Below are positions 30,560 through 32,000 of a stretch of DNA of 32,000 bases, one piece after another. Source of the DNA: Mycobacterium leprae TN (GTDB lineage: Bacteria > Actinomycetota > Actinomycetes > Mycobacteriales > Mycobacteriaceae); the NCBI RefSeq assembly GCF_000195855.1, contig NC_002677.1:540001-572000 (forward strand). The letters are read 5' to 3'. The stretch's first letter is position 1, and each line of letters starts with the position of its first letter. Made by a program: the position numbers and the translations under genes. A model generated the notes under the pieces. It was given only the letters and a program-made list of their open reading frames with translations. It searched no databases and was not told the DNA's origin.

Positions 30560-32000
30560 CCAAATAGTTCCTACAGTGCGCCATCTCGGATGCTAGTAGC
30601 CGTGGTAGTCACACGCGTGATGATAAATTATGTTAGGGTAAGCGAAATCATTGGCGTACAGAAAGCCCATTAGTCCATACTGACAATCCGCATCAGTGTA
30701 ATTATCGTTGTTTTTATTGTACTAGGTGGTGATAAAAACATTGCGTTCGCCCACACATGTTGATCCACTAAATATCGCTGACTTCTAAAAGATTCTGTAA
30801 ACACAGTTTGGTGGAACTATACACAAGGACCTCAGTCTAAATATAGAATTCCAGATCAAGCAAAGCTATTGATTTTTTCCACCGGTATGGTGAAGAATTT
30901 TGACTAGATCTGTTACTACAAAAATAGTATGAAGCTGCGCTGCAGTGGATTAGCCAGTAATTCAACAGTAGACTTACCGTGGATGGCAAATAATAACGAA
31001 ATCGTGACACAAAATTCCCGCTTGCCATCGTTTGTACTTAACGGTAATGGAATCATTTGGTTTCCCGCGGGTTATTACGAAAGATTTCTGTTATTGTGGT
31101 ACCAAGCCGCACATAATCGACCGATTTGGCGGCAAGTTCATTTTGGTGCTGCTCTACTTTGCGCTTGATTTGGTTGTCGAGTCGCTGTAACCGCCTTCGA
31201 TATCTTCCCCCACTAACTTCGGTACCAAACCAGTAAGTGCTGTCATAGGTCGGTGCGTGCAGGGTATTCTCGTACCAGTTGGTGGTGTTGTACAGAAAAA
31301 CGGAATTGCCAAAGGGTGTTGTGCAGAAAGTCTGAAAAGGTTAGGTGAGCAGATCTCGGGAATCAACAGCGGAGCCCTGAGTTATGTTGTACGGTGACCT
31401 ACCGCAAACCTCCTCGCTCACGGAACATATAGCATTCCATTCCGGTCGGAAGACTCTAAGAAATAAGGTTTGATGCCGACATTCCTGACTCCAGCAGCTA
31501 CTGCAATATCCGCAGGTAGATAAGTAACGTCTTATCGGTCGCTGCGTCGTAGCGGTTTTGTGCCGATATTGACACCGGGTCGTAACACTAGGTGCGTGCG
31601 TTTTAACCGCTTCTATATATTTTTTCTACGTTGGAGTTTATTCCATAGAATTGATTAGCGGAGGTAATTGCATCATTGGGGACTGTGAGATGGAACCAGA
31701 ACTTACTCACCTTGTCTTTGCTGATCTCTAAACTTGCCCGCCATTGCAATTCTCCCTGTTCGTTTATCAACCAGCGAGAAAAGCTACCGTTATTTAACCC
31801 CTGTTTAACACTCTTGCACTTAACCAGGATGTCAGGTTGTCGGTATATTTCAACACAACTGGAGACTACGAACCTGGCTACGAATTGCACCATTTTTATT
31901 TAGCAGAACTAGTTATATAACGTAAAACTGCAAGGCCGGGTGTGGTACCGATCTGGGCTGGAACCAGCAGTTATGCACTTCTGTACGCTGCATGCTACGT
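30560..32000. other. Low-GC, ORF-poor segment (unassigned gene remnants)
   Basis: Hand counts of 60-nt lines give 22, 26, 22 and 20 G+C for 30661-30900, and 22 and 28 for 31621-31740. That is 33-47%, against 41/60 in a pimA line. Only 63-96-aa ORFs are present, with no family I recognise. Confidence 0.8.

Noticed and set aside
1-32000. Search for tRNA/rRNA genes, CRISPR arrays, intact IS transposases and RLEP-type dispersed repeats
   Set aside because: I found no cloverleaf-like or rRNA-like conserved stretches, no regularly spaced direct repeats, no transposase-like ORF, and no match to the RLEP sequence as I remember it. This is negative evidence by eye only. tRNAscan-SE, Infernal and repeat-library BLAST would be decisive.

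Overview
This window looks like a segment of a Mycobacterium leprae-type (leprae/lepromatosis-like) reductive genome. It is GC-rich actinobacterial DNA in which two islands of intact genes sit among heavily decayed pseudogenes. The organism call rests on my recognition of M. tuberculosis orthologues and on the pseudogene density, not on any search.

Island 1 (10.2-19.3 kb, all on the minus strand) holds pdxS, a LemA-like/Nudix membrane protein, pimA, a PatA-type acyltransferase, pgsA1, a HIT-family (Ap4A-phosphorylase-like) protein and thrS. These correspond to Rv2606c and Rv2609c-Rv2614c, and 1-8 nt stop/start overlaps at four of the junctions argue for one operon. An aldo/keto reductase follows.

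Island 2 (23.6-26.8 kb) holds an SGNH hydrolase, DedA and a TauE/SafE permease.

The rest is gene wreckage:
- a dead citE-pdhA-pdhB-pdhC (bkd) operon
- crotonase, P450, PPE, tesB2 and hotdog thioesterase fragments
- quinone-oxidoreductase-like, wHTH regulator, cupin, GAF-adenylate cyclase, alpha/beta hydrolase, fadD and Nudix fragments

The items most worth a second look are:
- a decayed group II intron (RT with an intact YADD motif plus a 5' ribozyme-like leader) nested in the sense orientation inside a DUF222/HNH (REP13E12-type) pseudogene
- a perfect 47-nt palindrome inside the crotonase pseudogene
- a markedly low-GC, ORF-poor segment at about 29.7-32 kb
- an orphaned pdxS whose neighbours (tesB2, a possible pdxT remnant) are dead

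I recognised no rRNA, tRNA, CRISPR array or intact transposase. Pseudogene boundaries are approximate (tens of nt). Internal start codons were derived from ORF-track residue offsets.
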